The translations under genes were made by a program, and so were the position numbers. The notes below the pieces were generated by a model that made no database searches, had not been told where the DNA came from, and saw only the letters and a program-made list of their open reading frames with translations. Positions 12,661-25,765 of a stretch of 64,000 nucleotides of DNA are shown piece after piece. How positions within the stretch are numbered: the stretch's first letter is position 1; every line of letters begins with the position of its first letter. The stretch is from Marsupella aquatica (Eukaryota; Plantae; Marchantiophyta): positions 26,090,798-26,154,797 of the forward strand of contig OZ316893.1 of assembly GCA_973895155.1 (NCBI GenBank), read 5' to 3'.

Positions 12661-13120
12661 GAACATATTTGTTGAGCAAGCCATATTGATTAGGTAGGGT
12701 GATAAATTGAGAAATTTGTATAGAGTGCTGTGTGGACGATGACTCTTAAGATTTCCACTGCACCTCTTACCCACTTACATGGTGCTAAGGGATGGCGGCG
12801 TTTCAGAATGATAAATTTTTGGCTCCACTGAAGAGTATTGATCTTCGCACAGGTGGAATTCAAGAAATTTCCCGATGAAGTTTCAAGGGTAATTGTATTA
12901 CCATCTTTGGCCGTTCTGTTTCACTGTGGTTTCTCTCAAGGCAATATAGGAACAGCTTTTCGCTTCACGCAAGTGACCATCATTTTAGAGGAAGCGTGTC
13001 ACATGCAGGAAACAAATTCCACTGAACATTCATCGAGTCTGGTCCTTTGGTAAGTCAGTCGTCAAGATGACGAAGGAATGGGCTGTACTCAACATTCCAG
13101 CAAATTCTCATTTGCAGTCT

Positions 13121-13315
13121 TCATGTCTTTCCTGTGTTATCCAGTTATTACCCAGAATTGAAGATTTCTAATCGGGCGGCAATGAAATTAAAGAATTCTT
13201 AAAAACAGAAATACAAAAGTGTTCATGACTTTCCTGTGTTATCCAGTTATTACCCAGAATTGAAGAATTCTGCAATGGGCGGCAATGAAATTAAAGGATT
13301 CACAAAAGCAGAAAT
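13121..13315. repeat. Tandem duplication, ~100-bp unit x2
   Basis: TTTCCTGTGTTATCCAGTTATTACCCAGAATTGAAGA...GGGCGGCAATGAAATTAAAG occurs twice. Confidence 0.85.
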
Positions 13316-15188
13316 AACTTGTTCCGAAGTTTGGGCAACCAAATTTCGGACCCGGAAAAAGGAATTGCAGCAGTCTCAGGAAGTTAGTGATGAAGTGAAC
13401 GACCCTGGCGAAGGGGGAAAAGAAACTATGAGAGCTTGAATGGGCAATTTTGCAGCTCAGCCTTCTTACTTGTGGTGGCTTGGAGGTAGGCTGACCTGTG
13501 TTTTGCTTTGAGGTGTGAGGCGTAGTTTATGTCTAAAACTAGATTTCAAATCTTGTATGGGTTTTAGTATAGGGCTGGAAGCATGGTTCCTCATAACAAT
13601 AACTTCAAATATTGGAAGAAGGCTCCTGTAGGCCCTTGGGAGGACATCCATGTCCCCATGCACACTTAGTTACACTATATGTGGACCATTAGCTCATCAC
13701 ACTGTTGGACTAGATGTGGACTATTGGTTCAAGGTCTGACTACTATGATAGATTTTCATTTTACTTCCTCTAGGTTTTGGGAGTTTGCATTTGCGCTCTC
13801 ACTACCTCTCTTACTTTCATTTCATTGTATTGTGTTTGGCCATGTTGTAAATTGGTCCTTTTTCTGAATAAATCTTTTCTGATTTAATTTTGTCTACCCA
13901 CCCCAAAGGTGTCCTATTTGTGCAAGCCCTTTACCCAATCAACTTTTTCTCATGCAACTTCCTCAGTGTTAGGTCTTCTTGGTGTGGCCATGTATCCATC
14001 AACCACTAATTGAGCAAGAATGCTTCACCTTGCCAACATGACTGGATGTTGTTCTTAGCCACTATGATTTATGTTAGCATTGTATTGTATTTGGATCAAG
14101 TCGGCCTTGGAAGAGATAGCAATTAATTGTTAGGTATGTCGACCTTGTAGTGTCCCTAGATCACTTTGATTTGCAACTATGTAACCAACGTCCATCTATC
14201 ACATAATCCTGTCCTACAGGGAATCATGAGGTTTGTCATATGTATCATATATACAACCTACAACTGAACATTCTAGTGTAGTAGGTAACTCCTTACACCA
14301 TAAACCCTTCAAGATCATGTTCACTTTGGGACTTACTACATGTATAACACACACTCCCACCCTAAAGAATTCTCCATGATCTTCAGAAATAATCTAAGTT
14401 GTTTAAACTTTCAATGGTTCATCTTTTGAATAAAGCCATCTTAGGATGGCTGGCCAGAAGACTGCATCATTGGGGGTTGGCAGTATAGGCAATTGACATG
14501 GAACAGACAAGACTGGAAGCAGCCCAGATAGAGGATCTGCACTGCCTGGAGATCTAAATTAGTCCATAACATAGCCAAAAAGAGTCTTGTGATCTTTGAA
14601 TTAATGAAGGAGATTGCAAAAATATTGGATTGAAGAAGTGTTTGAGAGAAAAAGAGGAAGGCAAGGCGGACTGAAGATTTAACTCAATTTTGGGTCGAGG
14701 ACTTAGGATTGTGGATGCAGTACTTTATTGCGCAACCTTATTGGTCTCTGATGTAAACACTGACTTTCAGTGTATAGATTTTTTTCAAAATAGATATTAA
14801 AACTATAGTAGGAAAATAACATTCTAGCATTGAGTTATGTCTTGGAATAAAAATTACTTATGTTTTGTGTTGGAATTGCACAAACCGTTATGGAACTATA
14901 GTGTTGAGAGAAAAATGGCAAATACTCTAAAAACAATTCCCACTAATCACCAACTCAGCCCCTTATGCAATGTACAGGTCCACTGGGGCCCACCAATTGC
15001 AGTGTAGGTTACGTCAAACCAGAGCTGACTGGGCCGCCATAAGTCTTCTACAATCAAGAACAACCGGTTACCCTAATCCAACGGCTGGTATGAATTCTGA
15101 GCCTAGGGAACAAAGAAGTGACAGTCTGTTCATTTTGTAAAGTTTGCCTCGAAGAAGGGCACACCAAAGCAAGGCATTGAGGCCAGCA

Positions 15189-15486
15189 TTACCTGGAGGG
15201 GATAATTGATTGATAATTAAAGGAGGAGGAGGAGTAAATCAATGTTGATTGCCTGGAGAGGATGATGGATTGATAGGTCAGAGGAGGAGGAGGAGTCCAT
15301 CAATGTTGTCATGCTGCTGTTGCAATGGTCAGCCTAAAGAATCCATCCCAAGCAGAAGTCAGTGAAGGTGAAGGAAAAGAACTTACTGTTGTCTACTTTA
15401 TGTTTTATAGGTAACTCACCTGAATCCTGTACCTGACCTTGCCTATGACACGAACAAGATCCTTGGCTTGGCTTGGCTTGGCTTGC
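15189..15486. repeat. ~60-bp tandem duplication with (GGA)n (15189-15309) and a (CTTGG)n microsatellite (~15461-15485)
   Basis: CCTGGAG...GATTGATA...GGAGGAGGAGGAGT..ATCAATGTTG occurs twice; CTTGG pentamer run. Confidence 0.7.
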
Positions 15487-15800
15487 CTCCCTGGTCTTCT
15501 TGGGACCTTTCCCCCTTCCTTTTCCCTCCATTTATTGGGTTGCTTTGCCTTTGGGACCCTGTTTGGTGTTTCTGTCCTTTTGCACTTTGATGTTATTGCC
15601 ATGGGACTGCATTTCATTTCAGAGGCATCTTTCTAACAGGGAAATCACACTTTCATTATTTTATTCTCTTAAAAAAAACTAGGCAGGATGAAACTTAAAT
15701 CCCCATGGACCAAAAGGTTTGACAAAATGCCCAGATTGACCAGCACAACCCCTATTGGCTGCAGCAAAACCTTTCCCTAACTCACGAAGTGACTTTTTTT

Positions 15801-16281
15801 TTCATTTGTATCCTAAACAAACCTCAGGTGTTTTTTGGTAAACAAATCCATTCTTTTCTAACTGGGTTCATCCTGGTCAGAGAGTAGTTAATTCATTTGT
15901 AGCCAAAACAAAACCTTTCCAGTGCTCAGGTTTTACCCTTATAAACAAGTCCATTCTTTTCTAACTGGGTCCATCCTGGTTGCAAGGTTGATGGCAATGA
16001 TCCAATATCAGGAGAACAATGAATAATGGGGAGGCAGAACTGAGAAGAACAGTATTTTAATCAAGGGACTAAATTAGGAGAATTGTATAATGATATTACA
16101 TCATTTACTGGAATGATAATTAATTGTGATGTTTCATCATTTCTTACAATAAACAAAATATTTACTGTTGATTTCAATGTTGCGATCCTGATGTTACATC
16201 ATTTACTGGAATGATAATTAATTGTGATGTTTCAACATTTCTTACAAGAAACAAAAGATTTATAATTGATTTCAATGTTGC
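15801..16281. repeat. Two adjacent short tandem duplications (15801-15980 and 16092-16281)
   Basis: TCCATTCTTTTCTAACTGGGT.CATCCTGGT x2; TTACATCATTTACTGGAATGATAATTAATTGTGATGTTTCA x2. Confidence 0.8.
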
Positions 16282-17265
16282 TTCGTTGAATGGAATGAAG
16301 AGTAATTAATATTTTGCTCAGTCCAGGACAGAGCAGAAGAGGTGAGATCATTGTTCATTCACAAAAAACTATCACAAGAATTAGAGCCAAAGAGTGCTGA
16401 GGGGTGGATCGCATTTAATGCCAGTGACATCTCCCCTGAGCATCTTGGTAGTGCATTTGTATGAATTTCATCTCCCAATTCTCTCAATCTGGATGATCAA
16501 CTTTATAACAATTCGCGTTTAAGTACCAGTGAGATAAACAAGACCCCAGAAACATGGGAATTCAGAGATCATCCGTGGCCCACAAGCAACCAGCGCACTA
16601 TGTCTGCCCTGCAGCAATCGCACGAAAGATGGCGAAGAGCAGACTCAAGTGAAACAGACTCAAGTGAAACAAGATGGTCGAGAGGAAAAGTCATGGCTGA
16701 TACACCAATAGTGTTAGTGTTGACATGGCTCTCGCATAACGAAAGAGTTTATTCTGCAAAAAAATGGCTATCTGTCGACAAGAATTGTTGATCAAATGGC
16801 TTGGTAAGTTCAGCTACTCTAAAATTAGACCACTGCTCTTGAGATTTACAAACGGAGATGGTAGGCAGTACCACCATTTGTGAAAATCAGAGACCTTTAC
16901 TTCTCCTGCGCTCCCCCGGTCTTGCTTATATATCCGCGTATGTGCTCAATTGGGGAGTGGCAATGTGGGAACCCATGTCAATGACATGACAGGGAAAAGT
17001 GGGGGACAAGCATGGGCAGGGAGACTGGATGTATCGTATATAGCTCCATTTGTGAGCTGACAGGTGATCCTTTCCAGATGCCTACAGAAAGAGAATGTAC
17101 AAATGACCTGCAAGTCATCTGAACCCAGTAGCACCCAAGAGCCCACATTCAGTCGTCGTTTAAGTGGTCTGTCTTCAATTCTACTGCCCAAGATGATGTA
17201 CAAGCATTTCCTACCCTGCGCTGTGATGAGGTTTATGGCATGTAGTGCTCAAGCGCCAAGTGACT

Positions 17266-20200
17266 TCAGGCAGGTGAAGTATTAGAAGTCGGGTCAGAAG
17301 AGGAGGTAGGGACATCGGGGCCAACCCTGCAGCCTTCAAGCATAAACACCACCTCTGTTATTGAAGGTCGATCAAGGGGATCAGGTGCTGTGCACAGGAG
17401 AGCCACCTTCACAGCCAAGAGAAACTCCTCCCACTCTGATGACTCTGGGTCAAGCTCCAAGAGGGCTGGATCGAAAAGCTCCTGAATCTGTCCACTTTGT
17501 AATTGCCTTTTGACCCACTTCACGATGTCCTCCTCTTGGGTGAATACAACAGGTCGTCTCCCGGTGAGAAGCTCCAACAATACAATGCCGAAGCTGTAAA
17601 CATCGGACTCCCTGATTACCTGACCTGAAGAAACAGCTTCAGGTGACACATACCCTAAAGAGCCCACCGGTGTAGAGGAGGACGAGGTGGGATCTGTGGG
17701 AGGCTTCGATGCAAGTCTTTCTAACCCAAAGTCACTCAAATGGGCTTCAAAATCAGCATCAAACTGCACGTTGCTGGGCTTCACATCTCCATGAATAATT
17801 GGAGGGTTGCACTGCGTATGAAGAAAAGAAAGTCCTCGAGCCACTCCTAGAGCAATAAGGTGCCTCATGGGCCAATTGAGTGCATGCCCATCCTGGTGGG
17901 CAGCTTCTTGTAACAGGGCAGCCAGATTTCCGTTGGGCATATAGTCATATACCAAAAGCCTGACACCCCCACTAACATAGTACCCACGCAACACGGTGAG
18001 ATTGCGATGCTTCACTCTTCCCAGCGACTCCGCCTCTTGTCTAAATGCCTCCTCCTCCACCGATGCGTCTGGCAACCTTCTCACGGAAAGAACGGTTCCA
18101 TCCAACAAAAATGCCTTGAAGACTATTCCATAACGAGTTCTGCTCAAGACGTGTTCCTCATCAAACTGACCAGTTGCTTCCTGTATATTTGCGTATGTGA
18201 TGGGAGTCTGAAACATCACCAACTTCTGGTCAAAATGAGCTAATTCGCCTTCCTGGCTTGCTTCACCCCTCGGAAAGAAACATATAGCAAGGCAGCAAAT
18301 TGCTATCAGAACAAGGAAAACTCCTCCCCCAACCCCAATGCCCACAATAGCACCTGTTCCAAGATGTACCCCACGATGTGACCTTGGACCTGCACCAGGG
18401 GCTGTAGATCCTTTACAACCCAAATTCACAGTGTTTATGGGAACTCCACACAAAAATGAATTGCCTATAAAGGCGCTGACATCAAACTTATTGCCAAGGG
18501 ATATCGGAATGAACCCTCCAAGCGAATTGTACGAGACATTGAATTCCATCAGCCCGGTCAAATCGCCTAGAGCGGTAGGTATGTCGCCTGTGAAATTGTT
18601 CTGCGATAGATTTAGCTCCACCAATGTTGTAACGTTCCCGAGATCGGAAGGTATTGAACCATTTAGCAAATTCACTTCCACTAGAAACGCATTTAAGTTC
18701 TGCAGCTTTGAGACACCAGAGGGAATTGGACCTGAAAGCCGATTCCCATCGAAGTCTAGATTCACTAGACTTACACATCCCCAAAGCTCCTGCGGCACAC
18801 TCCCTGTAAGCAAATTCCTGCTGAGGTTGAGGGTCTGTAAGTTAAAAAGTTTGCCCACCTCAACTGGAATTTCTCCAGAGACTTGATTTGCTGAAAGAGA
18901 AAGGGTTCTAAGCTGCTGAAGCGAGCCCAACTCTGCTGGAAAGCTACCAGATAGGAGGTTATCATGCAAGTCCAGCACTTGAAGTCCTGCGGCGTTTGCC
19001 AGACCTGTAGGTATGCTGCCCGCCAATAAGTTACTAGAAAGATTTAAATATTTCAGATTTAGAAGATTCGAAAGACTGGTAGGGATAGAACCATTTAGAC
19101 CATCTTGAGAACCGAGATGCAAAGTCGTCAAGCTGGCGCAATTCCCAAGTTCTGTCGGTATGGGCCCAGACAGACGGTTCAAACTGACATCCAAGACCTG
19201 TAACTGTGCCAGGCCACCCAATGAAGAGGGTATGCTGCCACTCAAGCTGTTGTTGTGAAGGTCCAGAGTCTCCAAATTGACAGACTGAGAGAGTCCAACC
19301 GGAATTCCCCCATCAAACGCATTGGACGCCAGAGATAGATATGTCAATGACGCTAGAGATCCCAGCTGGCTGGGTATACTCCCTGTTAGATGATTGTTGT
19401 TTAAGGCAAGTACCTCAAGATTGGGAATGGTTCCCACTGATGCCAGCAATGATCCTGTCAAAAGGTTGTCAGACAAAGAGAGAACTTTCAGCTGTGTAAG
19501 CTGGCTAAAGTCTGGAAGAGTGCCAGTGAGGTTGTTGGCATCCATTCGAATAACCTGCAAGTTTCTGCTTCTGGTGAGCGATGATGGGAGAGCACTGAAA
19601 CCATTTCTGGATACGTTCCACTGCTGCAGCTGCTGTAGACTATCAAACACGTCTGGAATACCACCCGTGAAAGAGTTTCCATCGCCTGAAAACTGTTGTA
19701 GGGATACCAAGTTCCCGAGATCCGTAGGAAGAGACCCACTCAAGTAATTATTCTTCACATCCAGGTATAATAGATTGTTCAACGTCCAGATAGTGCTAGG
19801 GATGGTGCCAGAGAGGGAATTGCTGCTCAAGTCAAGCACCTGGAGAGAGTTGACATTGCCCAGCTCCTGAGGGATCCTGCCTGAGAGATTATTGCCGCCG
19901 AGAGAGAGGACTCCAAGGGCGGGAAAAGATCCAAATCCGGACGGCACGAAGCCGGTCAGGGCATTGCCGGTGAGAGAAATGGATGTGAGACTCTTGATGT
20001 TTGATAACGTTGAAGGAATTGGTCCGGAGAATAAATTGTATGACAGGTCCAAGCTCCGTAACGCAACGAGACTCCCTAATTGGCTTGGAATGCTGCCGAT
20101 GAGGCCATTGCTGGCGAGACTCAAGACCTGCAGATTCACTAGACGGCTAAACTCCGGTCGGATTGTGCCGGTGAAGGAGTTCTGGAAGAGATAAAGCGCT

Positions 20201-22299
20201 CGCAAGTTGGTGCAGTTGCTAAGAGACACAGGAATGGGTCCGCTGAAGGAATTCGTGTGAAGACTCAGCCTGTTTAGTGCATCCAAATTTCCCAGCGCAT
20301 CTGCACACAAAAGAGGTAACCGAAACATAATCAGAAATTGCGCAAATTGCTGATCCAAAACCATTGAACCGATTTGCAGAAAGATCAATCCATCATTTTC
20401 TACGAATGAATCTCTTGTGGGATCGAGAGTCCCAACAAGGTCAGGCTACCCAGTATGACAAAGGCCCGGAGCCCCAGATGCAAATCAATTAAAGCCCTCC
20501 AGCCTCCTCATGTATGATCAGTTAAAAGAGGATTATCTGCTCCTCCATGTCCGACCAGAAGGCATCTAGTCTAGTACCCAGGAAGGAAATCAACTGAGAA
20601 ATTGACATGACATGAGCCGAAGGGTCATGATTAACAATGTCAACAAAGCTGGCTGTGAATTAGCTACTGAAGTGTTTTGGCTGGACAAAAGGAGAGCCTG
20701 CCCCTGGAGCTGGGACGATGGTTTCAATATTGGGTTCATCGTCCAACACATGGCTTTGAAAGTCTGGCAGGAACGAACGGTCCTAATTTGGAAGTTTACC
20801 GCACTGAAGACTCAGTTTTCCTGCAGATAACCCAATCATAAAGGCCCCTGAAGAGGCGGGACAAGGGCACATCATTGAGTACGTCCCGAGATGCAACCAA
20901 ATTCTCTCCCTCAATTCTTCATTAATCATACACAACAGACATCGTGATTGAATCTAATGGCAATCTACACCTGTTCATGTAGAACTTAATGTGCTTAGTC
21001 TACAGAAGCAAACAAGGTGAAAGGCGTCACTCTCGTTCACTACAGTACTGATCTCTTGATGAAGCGTGTCGCAATTTGAGCGCTCAATTGCGTCAGAGGA
21101 AGCTGCCATCCAGACACAGGTTATGTCCGATTGAAGGACATTCCTTGTCCTATGCAAGAGACCCAAGATCATTATCTCCTACTAACATAGCGTCAGCCCA
21201 TCGCTCGATTACTAAAACCATGTGGCCGAGGACGAATCTTTGCAAGAATGGAGGAGAGACGACGCTGCTAGAGCTTCTAACGGCGCGAAAGCTCATGCTC
21301 GTAGCTGCAGCAAGTGTGAAGCTTCTTCCCGAAAGTTAGACGAATCTCTGGTGACTGTCTGATAGACTTGATTTCTTAGTCCGAAAACGAAAGAAGTTAA
21401 ACACATCCCAGTTCGTAAGTCAACAGGACACTCCATTCTTCTGACTTCCGCAAGGCAAGCTCCAGGCTCATCAAGATTGCTCAGCCAGGCATGAAACGAC
21501 CTGTCATGTCCCAACGAGTAGGACGCCAACCTGCAGGTTCATAGGCAGGTGGCAAGCGCACAGCGAAGTGGCGGAGCCAGCTCCAAACGCAGGCCGACTG
21601 CGGCGTTACGACTGGAGAGAGATGTAGGCAGACTCCCGGGATTGATTTCAACCTTCCGAGGAGTCGGTAGGACACCGGTGATTTGCAAGTACGTGAGGTG
21701 CAAAGAAAATGCTAGTGTTACAACATAGGCACGAATGTGATTCGGAGACAGGTCAATAAGATCTACAAAGGCTTTTCAGGCTCCGCAAAGTTCTCCTACT
21801 CCAAATCCGTGTATGCGTTCAGGAGGGTGAGACAATGAAACCACAAAGCTCAAAAGTACAAGTGCTAGTGGTTCATACAAAATCCTTCCCTTCGAGGTGG
21901 GTTCGTGACGAACAGGACAGATCAATGTAACGTTTGTACCTAACCCCAATGCGGAGCAAAGAAAACCGAGATGAAAGCTTCAAGTGCAGAGATGAACGAA
22001 CCTGGGAGAACTCCGCTGAGGCCGACCCTACGAAGAAGAATTTCGGAGACTCGGCCTCTTGTGCAGCCGACGCCTCTCCAATTGCAAGGGCTAGAGGTAC
22101 CATTATTGCTGACATTCCAACTAACCAACACCCCATTCTTGTCCGTGACAGCAGCCTTAAAAGCTAAGAGAGCGGCTATGTCGGTCCGCAGTGAGCCCAC
22201 ATTCCCTTGAGCGCTGCTCCTCTCCACAGAGGACAGCAGGGAGACTCCCCAGAAGACCACCAGAATCAGCCCAAGAGCATTTGCTCTAGCCCCTCCCAT
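17266..22299 (-). CDS. LRR receptor-like kinase, At4g36180/At1g75640 (MUSTACHES/MUSTACHES-LIKE, LRR-VII) type, ~1110 aa
   Basis: Exon 1 22002-22299 (signal peptide, LRRNT with PCNWRGVGC); GT-AG intron 20301-22001; exon 2 17266-20300 with >20 plant LRRs, GNSFLCG cap, TM helix and kinase domain. KLVMF..PITYANIQEATGQFDEEHVLSRTRYGIVFKA and LLQEAAHQDGHALNWPMRHLIALGVARGL are characteristic of this clade (recognised from memory). Confidence 0.93.
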
Positions 22300-25200
22300 T
22301 TACCGACTGGGCCACCGCCTGCGGTTGCATTCCCTCACTTGTACCTGTGCCCCATTCACAACTGCAATCTGTCTCAACCTGTAGCTGACCTCTCCGGCCA
22401 GATTTTTATCCTCTGCTCCCCTTGCAATCGGAGGCTAAATCCCCTAGTTGTCAACAACAACGATTGGATACCCCTATACTACTCAGCTCCCGGTCTTCTG
22501 AAAGGTTTGAGATGAGGATTGAGTGAAGCTGCATCCTCTTCCCAGAGAGCATACAGCTGATAGGTATAACACGAGGTCCTTTGCTGTCATTGTGGTCTTC
22601 AACTACTTCAAAGTGGGAGGAAGCCTGCCATACGACATACTCAAGTCAGGTGCGACAGCCTCGGGTGACAAATTTCGAGAGAAAAATTCTAGCCCGTCCA
22701 ACGAATGCAGAATTTGCTAAATTCGTCCGGCAAAATACTTCTAAGAACCTCTCCTGGAGCTAGAACTTCATCCAAAACTGTAGATTGGTGACACATTGAA
22801 CCAGCGATCTCTAAGCCGCCGACTTCAATCGACGAAACAGATGAGAAACGAGGCATGGACTGCTCCCAGGAAAAGCAAAACTCGGAAGGGCCGTTGGCAT
22901 GATTCAGGACGAAAACATTTGGAAGGGCATTTATGGGCAGCTGGAGGATGGCAAAACGCATGAAGGAACAAGGGACGACGCCAAGACAGTGTTGCACGAA
23001 TCCGTAATCCTTAACGTATCCTTTCTCTGTTGGTTCTCCTAATTTCATAGGGCGACTTTCACCACAGCGATGGGAGGGGTGAGAGACGGCGTACCGAAGC
23101 AGAATCCCAAAGTACCGTTGTGAGTATTGTTGCAGACAACAATTCAGAAATCACAGAGACTCTCAACGCCTGAAGCTTCCCAGATGGAAAGACGGCCGGT
23201 GGGAGAAGCAGCAAATTAGAACGGTAGCGGTTCTACCCTTCGATGACAGAAGCAACGCCCGGTCAGCCTTTAAAAGTGGATGCCTTCGTCAGCTTCTGTC
23301 GTGAGGACAATGCACATCCTTTGTTGAGAGTCCAGATGAATGCCAACGCTGACCGGTCATGCTTTTACTAATGAGACCATCTCAAAGCTCATCATCGCCT
23401 AGAGGTGACGCCAACTCGAAAAGACTCTTCCGATAGTTGATGCCAACGCCTCCTGTTCCCATCTGTCTGCCTCCATCGTCTACTCCAGGCTATCCAGCTT
23501 TGCCCATCCTCCGCTCTAAACCCATCACTGTCCACCATGCTCTCTCCCTCTCTCTTTCTCTTCCTCGTTGCTGAAACGGAAAAATCGTCAACAGAACCAA
23601 AATGGCTCGATCATTTCCAGCTCCAAAAATTTCTGACTAGTCCGCCACAACACCTTACCGCGACGACGAGTCACCACACCAAGTCGCCTGGCAGAAATCT
23701 CAGCAATGCCATCATCCCTGAATTGGAACCAACTGGACAGCACCAGCATTCAGTCATTCCTCCGTTCACTGTCTTCCTCCTTCCCTCCTTCCCTTGCCTC
23801 ATTTCCTTGAGCCTACCATGCTATCGATGTCACGCAGATTACCATCTCGGAACAGCCACCACGACCACCGCCAATGTCACCGTCGCCTATTCTCCGTCTG
23901 TTGCGACACCCACACCTGCGCCTCGTCCACGCTTCGTCTGGTCTGCAGCTATCTGCCCTGGCTGGATGAAATCACTCGAACGATTACCCACAACGTGCAC
24001 GACCAACTGAACTCAACGAACTTCACCTGGAAGCACAGGACTGCTGCCTAACTGCCTGACTGACTCTCTCCAGTCCACCTTCGACGATCGAAACACCAAC
24101 CTCGAAGATGGAATCCCGTCAGCTCCTTCAAACTGCTGCGGGACTGTGGACTCTGGACTGTGGACTCGCCTGTGATGCCGCCTGCCCAGCTCACTCACTC
24201 ACTGCCTCGATCCTGTTCCTCCAAAAACAGTACATTGCTACTACCACATTACAATCCTGAGATTGACAGCAGCACATGCCGGAGAGAAATCAGAGGGGCT
24301 CGGTCGATGAACGATCAGCACAGTAGTAGAATACAGTAGTAGTAGCAGGGCATCCCAGCTCAGTGCCGTGCGGCATGCTCGCAAGTCCCCGGAGCACAGG
24401 AAGGATCTATCCGCCCAGCTACGTGACACACACAGGAGCGCCTCCTCGAGCAGTCAACCTCTATTTCCGGACTTGTAGACTTCTACTCTTCTAGACTTCT
24501 TCCAGCAACGATTTCGAAGCTCATTCCAATGCGCTGACTGATCACTGACTTGCTTGCTGGCTGGCTGGCTGGCCCACTGACCGGCTCATGGAGATCGCCT
24601 GGACTGCAATTTTCGCCCGTTCTCGTCGGTCTCGGTACCAGGGCTCGGCCGCCCATTCACCTCCTCGCAGATCATCAGTAACTTCAGTGAAGACTTGAAG
24701 TACTCACATCTCATTATCGCAACGCGAAAAGACGGTCATTATTGCGCTCTTCTTCCATCGCTCTCTTTCTCGAGAGTCGATGTACATTATGATCAGATGT
24801 GCCTCTTCTCTATGTACAGTGTGAGCGGGAACAACGAGACGATATATTATCAATTCGATATCCGGCGGTTCTAGTCGGGAACCGTCGGTCCCTAGAATCT
24901 ACCGTACGCTCCCCGACGGCAATTTCCGACGGCAGAGCCAATGGAGAGCGAGAGAAAGAGAGACAAGGCTCGGACCGAACCGACGAGCCGAACCTAAGGC
25001 CAGAGTATTATACTGTTATTTATTAAGATACGATTTGTTGCTCATCATTCTGGGGTTCTAATTTCCCACCTGCGGAAAGGTACCTTGTCACCTTGTGGGA
25101 ATGACCATTTACCCCGAAACATAATGGGTTGTTGTTATTCATTATTAATTCACGCTGACTGGTAGATCTAACGGTTGACGGTGGCTTTATAGAGCTTGGG

Positions 25201-25310
25201 ACACTTGTGGCTTTTCCACCGAACTATTGGAGGGTCACATTTTGTTGGCAAGATAAAGTATAGAGAGAAAACTTTTTAAATGAATTGCTGTAAATGTGGA
25301 AAGGTATGTG

Positions 25311-25432
25311 CTTGATGTGACCCACTTGATAGGACCCCGGAGTGATCTGGACAGTTGATTGACCTTCAATCAATGCACCTAAAATTTCAGGGATCCTATT
25401 AAATAAAACTTTTCATTTTGGGGTCCATCAAG
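25311..25432. mobile_element. MITE-like element, family A (termini CTTGAT(G/A)GGACCCC...GGGGTCCATCAAG)
   Basis: Shares the TIR and the internal GACCTT.AATCAA.G.AC..AAAA core with copies at 32495-32600, 34682-34836, 35111-35216 and 41417-41566. Confidence 0.6.
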
Positions 25433-25534
25433 CAAATACCTCCTTCAATGGACTTCAAGAAATGAAAATCTCTTGAACTTCTCAAAGCCAAAGTTTGCAA
25501 ATGTTTATACATATTTTGGACAATATAAAGACCC

Positions 25535-25765
25535 ACATGAACATATACTACATCCACTCCTTGCCATGTAAGATTGGTCAATAAACACTCGACATGAACA
25601 CATATTTGGGCCCACTCTTGGCATTGGCGGATGAACACATACTTGGGCCCACTCTTTGCCATGACGGAATGGCCCTAGCTCTTTTTAATAAAACCAACCC
25701 ACTCCTTGCCATGTAGGTTCTATATAAACACTTCACGTGAACACATATTTGGGCCCACTCCTTGG
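25535..25765. repeat. Degenerate short tandem repeats (TGAACACATATTTGGGCCCACTC / CCACTCCTTGCCATG)
   Basis: Motif recurs about four times. Confidence 0.7.

Noticed and set aside
18007-20194. Plus-strand ORFs overlapping the LRR-RLK, and similar antisense ORFs over NOP14, spastin and the F-box genes
   Set aside because: Shadow ORFs of real coding sequence with no independent protein features.
20301-20388. ORF-track N-terminus of the LRR-RLK (MIFLQIG...)
   Set aside because: Intronic read-through; the real N-terminus with signal peptide is exon 22002-22299.
22500-25050. Protein-coding genes among the short ORFs upstream of the LRR-RLK
   Set aside because: No recognisable domains or consistent exon structure; composition fits a long 5' leader/intron/promoter.
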